A stretch of 64,000 nt of DNA from an uncultured virus (IMG/VR IMGVR_UViG_3300005534_000002) (lineage: Duplodnaviria > Heunggongvirae > Uroviricota > Caudoviricetes), in IMG/VR virus record IMGVR_UViG_3300005534_000002. One strand, written 5' to 3'. A program made the position numbers and the translations under genes. Shown one piece after another: positions 8,990 through 19,200 of the stretch (position 1 is the first letter of the stretch; each line of letters begins with the position of its first letter). Below the pieces are notes generated by a model. The model made no database searches. It was not told where the DNA came from and was given only the letters and a program-made list of their open reading frames with translations.

Positions 8990-11251
8990 CTACGCCACGC
9001 CTTCTAGAGCGGCCTGCACCATCATTGTAGGCGCAGAGCTATTCGTTGACCACATATAAAACTCGACGTAATCTCCCGCGTTGAGAGCAACCAACCCGGA
9101 GATTGCGAGATCATTGACATTCTCGGACGAGACTTCGCCACCGTAGACCGTAGCTCCTCCTGTCCAGGGGTCGGCCCCATTGACGCGCATGTTCAGATAC
9201 CACTCGAACGGCGCACCAGAGAGCACTCCACCGCTGGTGGTGAACGCGGTGAATCGGTAGATGCCCTTTACCGGAACGGTGAGCTTGGTGCTGCTAGGCG
9301 TCCAGAAAGAATCGGTGTCCACGATGTTCGTCGGCCAGGGGATCGCTTGAGGTGTGCTCGACGGCATGGGCCATGAGTTGTTGCGCGCCGCGACCGCATG
9401 GCCTAACGCATTTGCGGAAGATGACGCTGGCGGCTGTAGCTGCTCAACCATGAACATGCAGCCATCAGTAAAGAAGTCACCACCGGACGCCTCTGTGCCC
9501 GTTTCGATCGTGCAGCTTGTGGAGACATTCGCGGTCTGCTGAACATAGGCGGTGAAGTAGTCACCAGGCTTGGCGTAGCAAACGCCAATGCATTCAGTGG
9601 AGTGATAGACGGTCGTGGAGTCAGCGTCGCCGCCAAGTTGCTGCGAGTCCTGAGCTATCTGGTAGTTGTCGTTAAGGTAGATAGCAGCGTCGAAGACAGG
9701 GCCGCACTTGCTCTGAAACTGCCCGCAGAACGTGACCTTGTACCAGCCGAGTTGTCGCACGACGAAGCGATCACTGTGCGTCACGGTATCGTGCATGAGG
9801 CCCGAAGTCGCATCGTAGAGGTTGTTGCTCCAGTTGAGGTTCGTGCCGGCTGCGATCGTGGCTGCTGGGATCACGGCAGCGCCGAGATAGTTCGGATGCG
9901 TCGCCACCACTTTGGCAACCTCGCCCACGGAAGCGCCGCCGCCACCGCCGCCACTGCCGCCCGATGCGACAAGCTGGTTTGAACTATTGATGGTCACGGT
10001 CGTGCCATCCACGTTTACCTTCAGTCCGTTGGTGTCGTCGCCAGCGTTCTCAACAAGGCCCGATACGTTCGCGCCAGCTACGGTCGCAAGCTCAACGCTC
10101 ACCAGGGATGGATTCGATCCGGTATACGCCGCGCCAAGAGCCGAGTCCGCGACATTGTCGTCGTACGAGATGCCTGCGATGATCTGTGCTCTGGTGAAGG
10201 ACGCGATCTTGTAGAAAGTCGTTTGCGTGTCAACCACCTTAGTCCGATAGAGATTCAGCCCGTTGATGATCTGCGGCGGCGTTGGGACGGCATTGATGAC
10301 GACGGCGTTAGCTTCGAAGCCTGGTGAGTTGAACGTCTGGACGCCGGCAGAGATCATGCTCTCTTTACTGTCGGTCGTGGTGTAAGTCGCTCCATACTCG
10401 TGCGTGCCGAGATCGTTCGCGCCAGTGCCGTCTGTCTGAACAGGCGTCACGCTGGCGATGGTTGGCGGGGTCGGCGGGTCGATGGCGATAGCTGGGCCAG
10501 CGGCGAGTTGGAGAATACCGCTCCCTGCGGGATCGACCTGGAGGAAACGCTGCCCGTTGTCGTTCGGATCGGGAGCGGAGAACGCGAGGCCGCGCCCCGC
10601 CTTGACCATGATCGGCGTGAAGCCTGTCGTGTCCTCGGTATCGTACGTCAGTCCTCGTCCAAGGTAGACGTCGATCAATGGGCGGTTCACAACCTTGTCG
10701 AGCGCATTCGGGTTTTTGTAGACCGTCCCTGGAGCGTTCTTACCCTGCGGCGGGGTCATGATGTATATAGAGCTATCGGGCGGCTTTTTATAGTCGTAGA
10801 AACCGTATGGCGTTGGCTTGATGCCTCTACCGGGAACCAGTTGGTTGATGAATGGCAGACGCTTACCTCCCTGACCGTGAACGCCGATAGCTGCGGTGTT
10901 GCCGGGAGTTATGTCCAGGTTCTGCACGTCCGAGTTAAACGGCGAGCCGTCGATGGTGTTCCCGTACGAGTCGTAAAGCTGCGGCGTGTATATAGGCGTA
11001 ATCACCGCGAGGTCCGCGCCGGTTGGGTTGTCGCAGGCGTAGGACGTCACCGACAAGAAGTGAATATCCGAGCCTTGCCCGACCACCTGCGCGCGACTGG
11101 TTGGCTTGAGGTACGGAAAGAGCGTGCGCCACTGGTGATCCGCGATCAACGCCACCGGAGAAACGTCGTACGCACCCGAGCGGATACGCCCGTTACCCTC
11201 CGCAACACCACCTGTCATGGCGGCGACGGTCGCAGCGCGTACGGCGTTCAT
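8990..11251 (-). CDS. minor tail / fibre protein with Ig-like and two C1q-like domains
   Basis: 753 aa; FVVRQLGWYKVT...PGDYFTAY and LTVPVKGIYRFT...LNAGDYVEFY; poly-Gly linker. Confidence 0.7.
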   Translation of the reverse strand: MNAVRAATVAAMTGGVAEGNGRIRSGAYDVSPVALIADHQWRTLFPYLKPTSRAQVVGQGSDIHFLSVTSYACDNPTGADLAVITPIYTPQLYDSYGNTIDGSPFNSDVQNLDITPGNTAAIGVHGQGGKRLPFINQLVPGRGIKPTPYGFYDYKKPPDSSIYIMTPPQGKNAPGTVYKNPNALDKVVNRPLIDVYLGRGLTYDTEDTTGFTPIMVKAGRGLAFSAPDPNDNGQRFLQVDPAGSGILQLAAGPAIAIDPPTPPTIASVTPVQTDGTGANDLGTHEYGATYTTTDSKESMISAGVQTFNSPGFEANAVVINAVPTPPQIINGLNLYRTKVVDTQTTFYKIASFTRAQIIAGISYDDNVADSALGAAYTGSNPSLVSVELATVAGANVSGLVENAGDDTNGLKVNVDGTTVTINSSNQLVASGGSGGGGGGASVGEVAKVVATHPNYLGAAVIPAATIAAGTNLNWSNNLYDATSGLMHDTVTHSDRFVVRQLGWYKVTFCGQFQSKCGPVFDAAIYLNDNYQIAQDSQQLGGDADSTTVYHSTECIGVCYAKPGDYFTAYVQQTANVSTSCTIETGTEASGGDFFTDGCMFMVEQLQPPASSSANALGHAVAARNNSWPMPSSTPQAIPWPTNIVDTDSFWTPSSTKLTVPVKGIYRFTAFTTSGGVLSGAPFEWYLNMRVNGADPWTGGATVYGGEVSSENVNDLAISGLVALNAGDYVEFYMWSTNSSAPTMMVQAALEGVA

Positions 11252-13713
11252 AGAGGCACCAACCTTCCGAGCACCATCTTAGTCTGACGCTTGGCAAAGT
11301 CGTGCTCCCACGATGTTACGAGAAACGGATTGGACTGCGTGCTGACTTCAAGGGTCTTGCCGTCTGGACTCCAGATGGTCAGCGCCAGGACGTCGTGAAC
11401 CTGCAAGAAGGGGTTTAGCTGTACCGTCATCTCGATCGACTCAGCGGGTAGCGCGGCCAGGTTCACTTCGATGAACGCCCGCAGTTGCAGCACGCTCTGG
11501 TCAGTGATGGTGTCAAGTTGGATCGCCGGTTGCTTCTGCACAACACGGCCAAGATTCTGAATCGAGATGTACGAGTAGTCTGACGTGTTGTACGCAACTG
11601 CTGTCAGTGACGCTCGCTTGGTGTTCTCGGATCGTACGACAACCTTGTTAGCTATAGCTGTCTGATCGAGTAGCTTCTGAACCACTCCAGGGACGATGAC
11701 ACCATCCACCGCTGTCTGGTACTTGAAGTTGGGATCAGCCTGCGGCATACTGCCGTCCAGGTACGGGAGAGGAGCGAGGTAGAAGTTTCCCGACTCATCG
11801 TCGTACAGCGGCCAGTAGTTCGCTGTAGCCAGGAGGTTGTTCAGGCTCTTAAGCTGATTGTCTTTCGGCGTGAAGGGCAGCGTGTCCTTGGTGTGTGGAT
11901 CGCCCTTGACAGTCTTGAGCGAGTCGGGATCGAGAACCGTCTGCGGCGACGGCACGGCGAAGATGCGCCAGGCCGGGATGTTCGGCCCGGAGTGCGGACA
12001 ACAGCTAGGCGTCAATCCAGGTGCGTTCGGGTCAGGCCACACGTATGCTCCAACGCCGCCTGTCTGCGGCCCGATAGCTCCGGGAGGGAGCGTCGAGACG
12101 CCACCGTCGCCACCGGCGAGTTGAAAGACCGTCTGCGGATACGTTGGCGTCGTACCGTTCCATTGCGGATGCACTTCGGTCAGGTGCCCTGCGGACTGGA
12201 CACCGTCCCAGGTGTAGAACTTCGCTGTGCTCGGGTCCAGGTACATCGTGGACCCGCTATACAGAACGCTCGCCTGGAAGAGATCGCCAGCCCAGGACTG
12301 CTGCGGGCCGCTCCCGGTCGATGCGTAGGGCATCGGCTGAAAATTCCACGGGTCGATCGGGTGTCCGGTGACGCCGTCGATCTTCATTCCGGTCGAGCCG
12401 GCGACATAGTAGAACTGCACAACGCGACCGGCTTCCGGGACCCAATGCAGGTAGGTCGCTGACCCAGGAGCCGCCTGCTGAGTCAGCGCGTGCGCCGTGT
12501 CGGCCACGGACCATCCGAAGGATGTTGCGTATCCGCGCGTGTTGCTCTGCGCAACCGCCAGACCGCCATCGCCGCCGCCTTTCCCGAAGCTGAGAGGGAG
12601 AGCTTGCTTGAATAGGGTGGGAGTCAGCACTGTGCCCGGAATACCGCGTACAGGGTCGTTTTCGGCCCCGGTTACGGTGTCGTAGACCTTGCCGGTGGTC
12701 GTGTCCATGTACATCTGGTTGCCGGCTTGATTTAGCTGCGAGAGTACGAACGCAGGGAACGGCCCGATGGCAGTACCCGGCTCTCCGGGAACCATCGTGC
12801 CGGGAGACATCTCGCCAGGGACAGCACTCCAGACCTGAGCCGGATTGATGGTTTGCACCGGCATCGGCTTGCACGTCCAGGGATCAATCGGAGCGCCTGA
12901 CGGCGCGTCGATCTTCATACCCACCGTCGTGTTGTACTGCACGAGCGACCCAAAGCCTGTGGCTCCTCTCTGGCGCAACTGCGTGCTGCTGGCGACTGGC
13001 GACATGGCTGCTAGCGGGTCCGTCGTGGCATAGCCCTGCTGCGCGTAGCCTGAGCCGGTGCCCGTCCCGGATGGCGGCAAGCATCCGACGCATCCGCCTG
13101 TTCCGCCGCACGCCCGCGCCGGCTGTCTCCCTCCCATGACGGGATTGAGCTTGTCGGCCATGAGCATCCCGACCGCCGCCTGCACGATGTCGATGCCCTG
13201 CGGGATCACGTAGTCGTTCTCGAAGCCGAGGTCGTTCACGATCTGGAGCAGACTGTGTCCGGTGATCTGCCAGATGTTGCCGGTATCGTTCAGCGTTCGG
13301 TCAGGGATCGTGAACATGAAGATACCTACAGGAATCTCGTTCACCAAGCGTGGTCCGGTCTTCTCGATGTAGTAGTACTGCGCTGATATCTTCACGAGGT
13401 TCTTGAGCGTGTTGAACTGTCCAATGCCAGGAAACTCGAAGAGCGTAAACTTACAGCTTCGCTGAACGTCGTCCTTGGTGTTCATCGACACCACAACGTC
13501 CTGGATGTAGCCGGTATTGTTCACGGCGCATAGGGCTGTAGGATCGCTCGCGGTGAGAGGCACCGGCAATGCCACAGGGTTGAGGTTCAGGTCGAGTAGC
13601 CTCGCCTGCGGCACGATCGCCATGCCCTTTGTCCATCGCGGGTTCATGGCAAGTCCAACCACGGACTGCACCGTGGGGAAGTCAGCGTTGATGAAGTTCG
13701 CTGGATTCTGCAT
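11248..13713 (-). CDS. tail tip / baseplate hub-like protein with large internal insertion
   Basis: 821 aa; hub-like C-terminus (ANKVVV...NPFLQVHDVL...VTSWEH); second gene after tape measure. Confidence 0.7.
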   Translation of the reverse strand: MQNPANFINADFPTVQSVVGLAMNPRWTKGMAIVPQARLLDLNLNPVALPVPLTASDPTALCAVNNTGYIQDVVVSMNTKDDVQRSCKFTLFEFPGIGQFNTLKNLVKISAQYYYIEKTGPRLVNEIPVGIFMFTIPDRTLNDTGNIWQITGHSLLQIVNDLGFENDYVIPQGIDIVQAAVGMLMADKLNPVMGGRQPARACGGTGGCVGCLPPSGTGTGSGYAQQGYATTDPLAAMSPVASSTQLRQRGATGFGSLVQYNTTVGMKIDAPSGAPIDPWTCKPMPVQTINPAQVWSAVPGEMSPGTMVPGEPGTAIGPFPAFVLSQLNQAGNQMYMDTTTGKVYDTVTGAENDPVRGIPGTVLTPTLFKQALPLSFGKGGGDGGLAVAQSNTRGYATSFGWSVADTAHALTQQAAPGSATYLHWVPEAGRVVQFYYVAGSTGMKIDGVTGHPIDPWNFQPMPYASTGSGPQQSWAGDLFQASVLYSGSTMYLDPSTAKFYTWDGVQSAGHLTEVHPQWNGTTPTYPQTVFQLAGGDGGVSTLPPGAIGPQTGGVGAYVWPDPNAPGLTPSCCPHSGPNIPAWRIFAVPSPQTVLDPDSLKTVKGDPHTKDTLPFTPKDNQLKSLNNLLATANYWPLYDDESGNFYLAPLPYLDGSMPQADPNFKYQTAVDGVIVPGVVQKLLDQTAIANKVVVRSENTKRASLTAVAYNTSDYSYISIQNLGRVVQKQPAIQLDTITDQSVLQLRAFIEVNLAALPAESIEMTVQLNPFLQVHDVLALTIWSPDGKTLEVSTQSNPFLVTSWEHDFAKRQTKMVLGRLVPL

Positions 13714-13721
13714 GAATGCTC

Positions 13722-16214
13722 CTAGTGCAGTGACCCGACGACTGGCAAGCCCCCAAAGTACGCCGTCTGGTGTAGCTCTAGAACCATGTCAGTGTTGATG
13801 TCGTCGTTCGGCTGATCCTCGTACTGAGCGAACTTCACAAAGATCGGGACGGGAAATCGGCGGTCACGATAGGTCAGGACGTTGTGGCTGTTCGCCATCG
13901 AGATCGCCATGTCGCGATTGTCTGCACCGTAGTAGACGTTGCCCACAGCGTCGGTTTCCTGCGACGGCAAGAAAACCTTGAGCGCGTTCGAGGTGCCGAG
14001 AATCCAGTAGCTCTTGAGGCCGAAGGTCTGCACCGGCAGTTGCGCGCCCTGGGGGACCCACTCCACCATGTCCCAGATGAGGTCGCGCTTCAGCGAGTCC
14101 CAATTCTCCACGTAGCCGCAATAGAAGCGCGTGTTGAGCGGATCGTTGATATCGTTCAACCAGATGCCGGCATAGTCGAGGGCGTTGTTGAGCAAGACGC
14201 CGCTAACCACCGTAGGCGTGGACTTGAGGCCGAGTGAGTTAATCGCGGTGACGCGGTAGTCAGCCTTGCATTGTGGAGCCTGGTTCGTGGTGATTAGCTG
14301 ATTCCAGAGTTGCCCTGACGGGCCTAGTTGCTGCCAGCCAAGAGCTTTGCCCGACTCGGTGTAGGGCTGCCACTCGATGAGAACGCTGGTCGTGCCTCCG
14401 GGATTCGTCCAGTTCAACTGCACCTGCCCGACATCGCTCAACACGGTCGCGGTGAGTCCTGTGACGCTGGATGGTGCCGTGAACGAAACATTTAGCTGTA
14501 CGTGGGCCGACTCACTGATGACGCCGGTCACAGCATCAGCCGTCTTGCACGACAGGTAGAAGGTCCCGCCATTGGTTAGTCCGGTCGGCGTCCAGTCGAT
14601 CGTGTCGAACGAGCCGCCCGATGCGATAGACGGCGTCAACGTAGTCATCGCCATGCTCGCCACGACCGTCGCGTTGTCGGCGGCATACAGGACTAGCTGG
14701 TAGGCATTCGTCGCGTCGCCGTTCGTCTGTGTGTACGTGACGTGAGCCTGGATATCCGCCGCGCCGATGGTCGCAGGGAACGAGGTGTACGCCGTCCCAC
14801 CAGACGTGACCTTGGTGATGGCCGGCGTGGCTCCCTGCTGTGGCGTGAAGGTCGCGAACGCAGAGTATGGTCCCCAGGTGCCGGCCCCCAACGCTGAGAG
14901 CGAGTCCTTTTCCCGGACCTGAACCTTGTAGGCGATACCGTACGCCAGCGACGCACCGCCAGGCACGCCGAGAGATGGTGTGCTGCCAACGACTTCGCCT
15001 GAGTCGTACATCAGGTTGTTGTCGGAGACGCGGTAGACCTGTATCTGACGGCTCTTGGTTGGGTCGCTCGGCGCACCAGGGTTTGACTGCCAGGTGACGG
15101 TTGGCGTCAGGGTGCTGATGTTGCCAACCGGCGCGACATTCGTCGGTGCGAGGGGTGCTGCGCTCGTTTGCCAGCCTGTGAAGTACAGATTGTTCGACGC
15201 ATCTTCGTAGAGGCCCACGTTAAGGGCCAAAATTGGGTACTGGAAGCCCGTTGATGCCCCACCAGCGAATACCAGTGGCAAGGTCCACTTCGAGCTTGTA
15301 CGCTTGGCAATATACGTCTCGCCATTGGACTGGTTGATGGTCGTCTGGAAGCCAACGTAGAGGTCGTTGCCATTGAGCAGCGTGGCGGGAGCTTGCCCGC
15401 TGACGATCTGACCCTGAAGCGGCACAGGTTGGCCGTAGGTGTTCGTGCCGGATCGTGCCAGCGAGTAAAGCAGCGTGCTCTGGTTCAGGACGAAGGTTTG
15501 CTGACCGCTCATTTCCTCCACGAGATCGAACGTCGTGGTGGTATCCGAGATGGTCGCTGCTGTCTCAAGATTGGCGGTGTTGTAGTTGTACGAGTTCGCG
15601 GTTAGCGTCACCGGCGCGAGCATCAGCTTGGTAGTCGCCGGATCGTACCAGGCGATATGCAACTGGCCCGAGATGGCCTTGATGCGCAGTCCGGTGACAC
15701 CGGCGTGAGCGTAATTCAGGTCCACGAACTGCTGCGTGGTGTTCAGGGTGTTGTCGAAGCCTGGAGTGCGGAACAGGCAGATACTTCGCGCGGACCCTCT
15801 GGTGCTGGAGAAAGTCACGTGCCAGACGCCACTGACGTACACCGTATCGAGAGCGGGATAGTTCGTCACCCCGGTAAAGGTATAGGTGTAGACCGTCTGT
15901 GCGCCAAACAGATTCGTGGCGTCGTTGAACGTCGCAGTGTAAAGCTGGATCGACGTTCCCGAGTACCACATGTACAGAACGTCGTTGATGACGTCAACCG
16001 TGCTCAGGCCCGTAGGTGTGGGGGACCCCGGCAGTACCGTGGCTGCGGTCCAGGTCGCTCCGCTGTCTGGACTCGTCCGGTAGTACAGATTCCCGGACGT
16101 TGTGTCCTTGTAGATCACGAGATAATGGCCGTTCCCCATGACCTGAAAGAGTTGGACATGCGGGAACGACTTAGCCCATGAGACGTCGGCGTTCGCAGAG
16201 ATGAGAGTTGCCAT
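13722..16214 (-). CDS. distal/minor tail protein with BNR (Asp-box) propeller and Fn3-like domains
   Basis: SPDSGATW Asp-box; APTNV, VQLNWTNP, YRVTAIN Fn3 motifs; follows the tape measure. Confidence 0.7.
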   Translation of the reverse strand: MATLISANADVSWAKSFPHVQLFQVMGNGHYLVIYKDTTSGNLYYRTSPDSGATWTAATVLPGSPTPTGLSTVDVINDVLYMWYSGTSIQLYTATFNDATNLFGAQTVYTYTFTGVTNYPALDTVYVSGVWHVTFSSTRGSARSICLFRTPGFDNTLNTTQQFVDLNYAHAGVTGLRIKAISGQLHIAWYDPATTKLMLAPVTLTANSYNYNTANLETAATISDTTTTFDLVEEMSGQQTFVLNQSTLLYSLARSGTNTYGQPVPLQGQIVSGQAPATLLNGNDLYVGFQTTINQSNGETYIAKRTSSKWTLPLVFAGGASTGFQYPILALNVGLYEDASNNLYFTGWQTSAAPLAPTNVAPVGNISTLTPTVTWQSNPGAPSDPTKSRQIQVYRVSDNNLMYDSGEVVGSTPSLGVPGGASLAYGIAYKVQVREKDSLSALGAGTWGPYSAFATFTPQQGATPAITKVTSGGTAYTSFPATIGAADIQAHVTYTQTNGDATNAYQLVLYAADNATVVASMAMTTLTPSIASGGSFDTIDWTPTGLTNGGTFYLSCKTADAVTGVISESAHVQLNVSFTAPSSVTGLTATVLSDVGQVQLNWTNPGGTTSVLIEWQPYTESGKALGWQQLGPSGQLWNQLITTNQAPQCKADYRVTAINSLGLKSTPTVVSGVLLNNALDYAGIWLNDINDPLNTRFYCGYVENWDSLKRDLIWDMVEWVPQGAQLPVQTFGLKSYWILGTSNALKVFLPSQETDAVGNVYYGADNRDMAISMANSHNVLTYRDRRFPVPIFVKFAQYEDQPNDDINTDMVLELHQTAYFGGLPVVGSLH

Positions 16215-19200
16215 TAGGTTGGAGCCCCCGCCTGGCGTGCCGAATCCGACGCCCAGCCATTCATGATATTCGTTCCCGAGGGAGCGCCAGCAACATTGAG
16301 GCGAGCCAGCCCGTTAGCGCCCAGGGTTTCTATTTCCAGGAGTTTCGCCAGGTCGTTCCGTAGCTCTTGGTTGGTGTCCTGGATGGCTGTCGTGATCTGA
16401 GTAGCGGCTGTTGCGGTCGCCTTCTGAGCGTTGATCGCATCCTCGTGCGCCTTGTCCTGCGCTTCCTGGATCGCGGCCTGCTGTTCGATCTGTGCCTGCT
16501 GCTGCTTCGCTAGCTCTACAGCCTGCGCATCCTGAGCGTCCTGAATCTTCGCCTGCGCGGCTGCGGCGGCTTCTGCGGCCTGGTCGATCGCAAGTTGCTG
16601 CTGGGCCTGCGCGATGTTGGCGTTGTCCTGAGCAATCTTGCGGTTATCGGCCTCGATCAACTTCTCAGCGTCCGTCGCCGCGCCAAGAGCCACGGCGATA
16701 TCGCCAAGGACAACGAGTTGGTCCTGGGACAGCCTGATCTGGTCTTGCTGGAGAATGACCTTTAGTTGGTCAACGACGAGCGTGTCTTGCAAGACTTTCT
16801 GCTTGAGTTGCGCGTCCGTGGCGTCTTCTTGCGCCTTGTCGATAGCTTGCCGTAGCTGCTGGTTTGCCACCGCGACGGCAGCCGACGAGATCATCATGTC
16901 GAAGCGCAGCTTGTCCTGAGCGGCGCGAAGCTGGGCTTGTGCCAGCGCAAGCTGTTGAGCGTCTGTGGCGTGGGCTATCGCCATCTGAGCCTTGTACACT
17001 TCGGACCCATCGGTGATGGCCTTGACCTGACCGTCCGCCTGTGCCTTCGCAACGTCGCCCTGCGCAGTTAGGACCTTGGTTTGATCCTGGATGGCCGTAG
17101 CGAGCGCATCCATCTGATCGACAAGCATCGTGGAGTTATCCTTGATGATCGCCGTGTTAGCGTCGATCATCTTGGCCTCTTCTTGCGTGATCTTGTCCTG
17201 CGTCTGCCAGACCTGGGTTGCGGTCTTGTCCTGGGCTGTGTCCAGCTTGCTGGTCAGGCCGAGAGCATCCACATGGGCCTGGTCCTTTGCCTCCTGGATT
17301 TTCTGGGCATTGGTTAGCGCGGCGGCGGTCGCCTTGTCTCCTTCCGTCTTGTAGGCGTCGAGAGCTTCCTGAGCGTTGGCGTTCGCCGTCATGCTGGCTT
17401 CTTTATTCATGTCGATCTGCTGTTGCGCCTGCGCCTGCGCAATCTTGCCATTGTCGGCCTCGATCTGAGCTTGATCGAGGAACACCGCGTCCTGCGCGGC
17501 GCTCGCTCCCGTCATAACCTTCTCGATATTGCCCATAACGGTAAGCTGGTCGAGCGCAACCTTGACATTGTCCTTCTGTAGATCAAGCTGAAGGTTTGCG
17601 ACCGTCATAGCGTCGTGCAGGACCGTTAGGTGCTGTGCGCCGATGGCGCGGTCGTTTGCCGCCTTGTCCTGAGCTTCTTTTAGCTCGTCCTGCGCCACCG
17701 TGAGATTTGCCGCCTGGATCGCAGCATCCGACGACTGCTTGTTCTGTGCTTGCTCAAGCTGGGCTTGCGCAAGAGCGACTTGTTCCGGGGTCGTGGCGCT
17801 TGTCAGTGCGAACTGCGCCTTGGCAACTGCCGAAGCGTCCTGGATCGCCTTGACCTGACCGTCTGCCGCGACCGTGGCGACATTGGACATCTGCGTGATA
17901 ACAGCGGTTGCATCCTTCAGGGCCGTTGCTACGTTGTCGATCCTCGCGACCTGAAGCGCGCTCTGTTCCTTGATGACGGTCGTGTTGTCACTGATGACCT
18001 TTGTCTGCGCGGCGACGACCTTGTCTTCGGCCTGGAGCACACCCTGGAAGGTCGGCCCCTTGGCCGTGGCCGTCTTTGCGGTTCCCGAGATGGCAGCCGC
18101 ATCAGCTTCCGCCTTCGTGACCTTGTCTCGCTCGGCAGCGGCACGCTGGAGTGCGGCGATGTCGTTCTGGGTTGCCTTGCCGTGCAGCAAGATATCCACG
18201 GTCGCCTTTTCGAGCGCGTCGTTGTAGTGCTGCTGCGTCATGCTCTGAACGCTGGACAGAATCTGGTGCGGCGAACTGTCCTTGGTCATGGCGTCGCCAA
18301 TCTTGGCGGCTGCGTTGTCGAAGACACGAACAAAGTCAGCGAGGTTCTTGGCGTGGCGTGCGTCCTCTGCCGCAATGTTTTTCTCTAGCGTTTGGCGTAG
18401 AGACTCCACGTGGTTCTGGAGCGCCTCCTCGATCTTGACTTCGTGCAGTCGGTGGGCAGCGTTCAGCTTCGCGATCGAGTCGTCGTATGCTCTGGTTTCG
18501 GCCTGCACCTTGTTCAGCGTCTGCGCATCGAGAGTCGCGACCTGACGATTGAACGCGGAGTCCTGGTTCTGCGCGGCTCGCGTCTCAGCGGCGATGGTGT
18601 TCTGGTAACGGTTGTTCTCCAGGGCAACCTCGCGCTGGTAGGCTTCGAGCAGTGCGGCCTTGTGCTGGTTAACCCATTCCTGATTGTGGTGAGCGTTGTT
18701 CGTCTCGATCGTTTGCAGTGCTGCCTGTTCTCGCGCCTGAAGGGCCTGCATGACATCTCTGTGGGTCTGGAGGTCGGCAGCCGCCTTTGCCTGCTGTTCG
18801 GCAGTGTGAGCCTGGAAGTTCGCCAGGTCGGTCTGGAAGGTCGTCTCGAAGTTCTGGAGGATCGTTTGCAGGTGGCTCTCGTGCGTCTGATTCGCGGTCG
18901 CGTACGACTGGAGGTACGACGTCTGCTCGTTGTTCATTGCCTGCTGCGCGGCCTTGTGTGCGTCAGCGACCTTGGTTTGCTCGTCCTTGTTCAGCGCGGC
19001 GATAGCTGTCTCGTGTCGTTGGTTCTCTGCCGTGATCTTCCCCTGCATGGCGTCGAACGCACTCGTCAGCTTGGCTTGCAGCGCGGTCGTATTCGCATCG
19101 AAGACCGCCCGGAACTGCTCCGGTAGCTTCTGCGCAGCTTCGTCCCACTTGTCGAGCGAGGCAGCCATCTTGGTATAGGCTTCGACGCCGGCTGCGGTCT

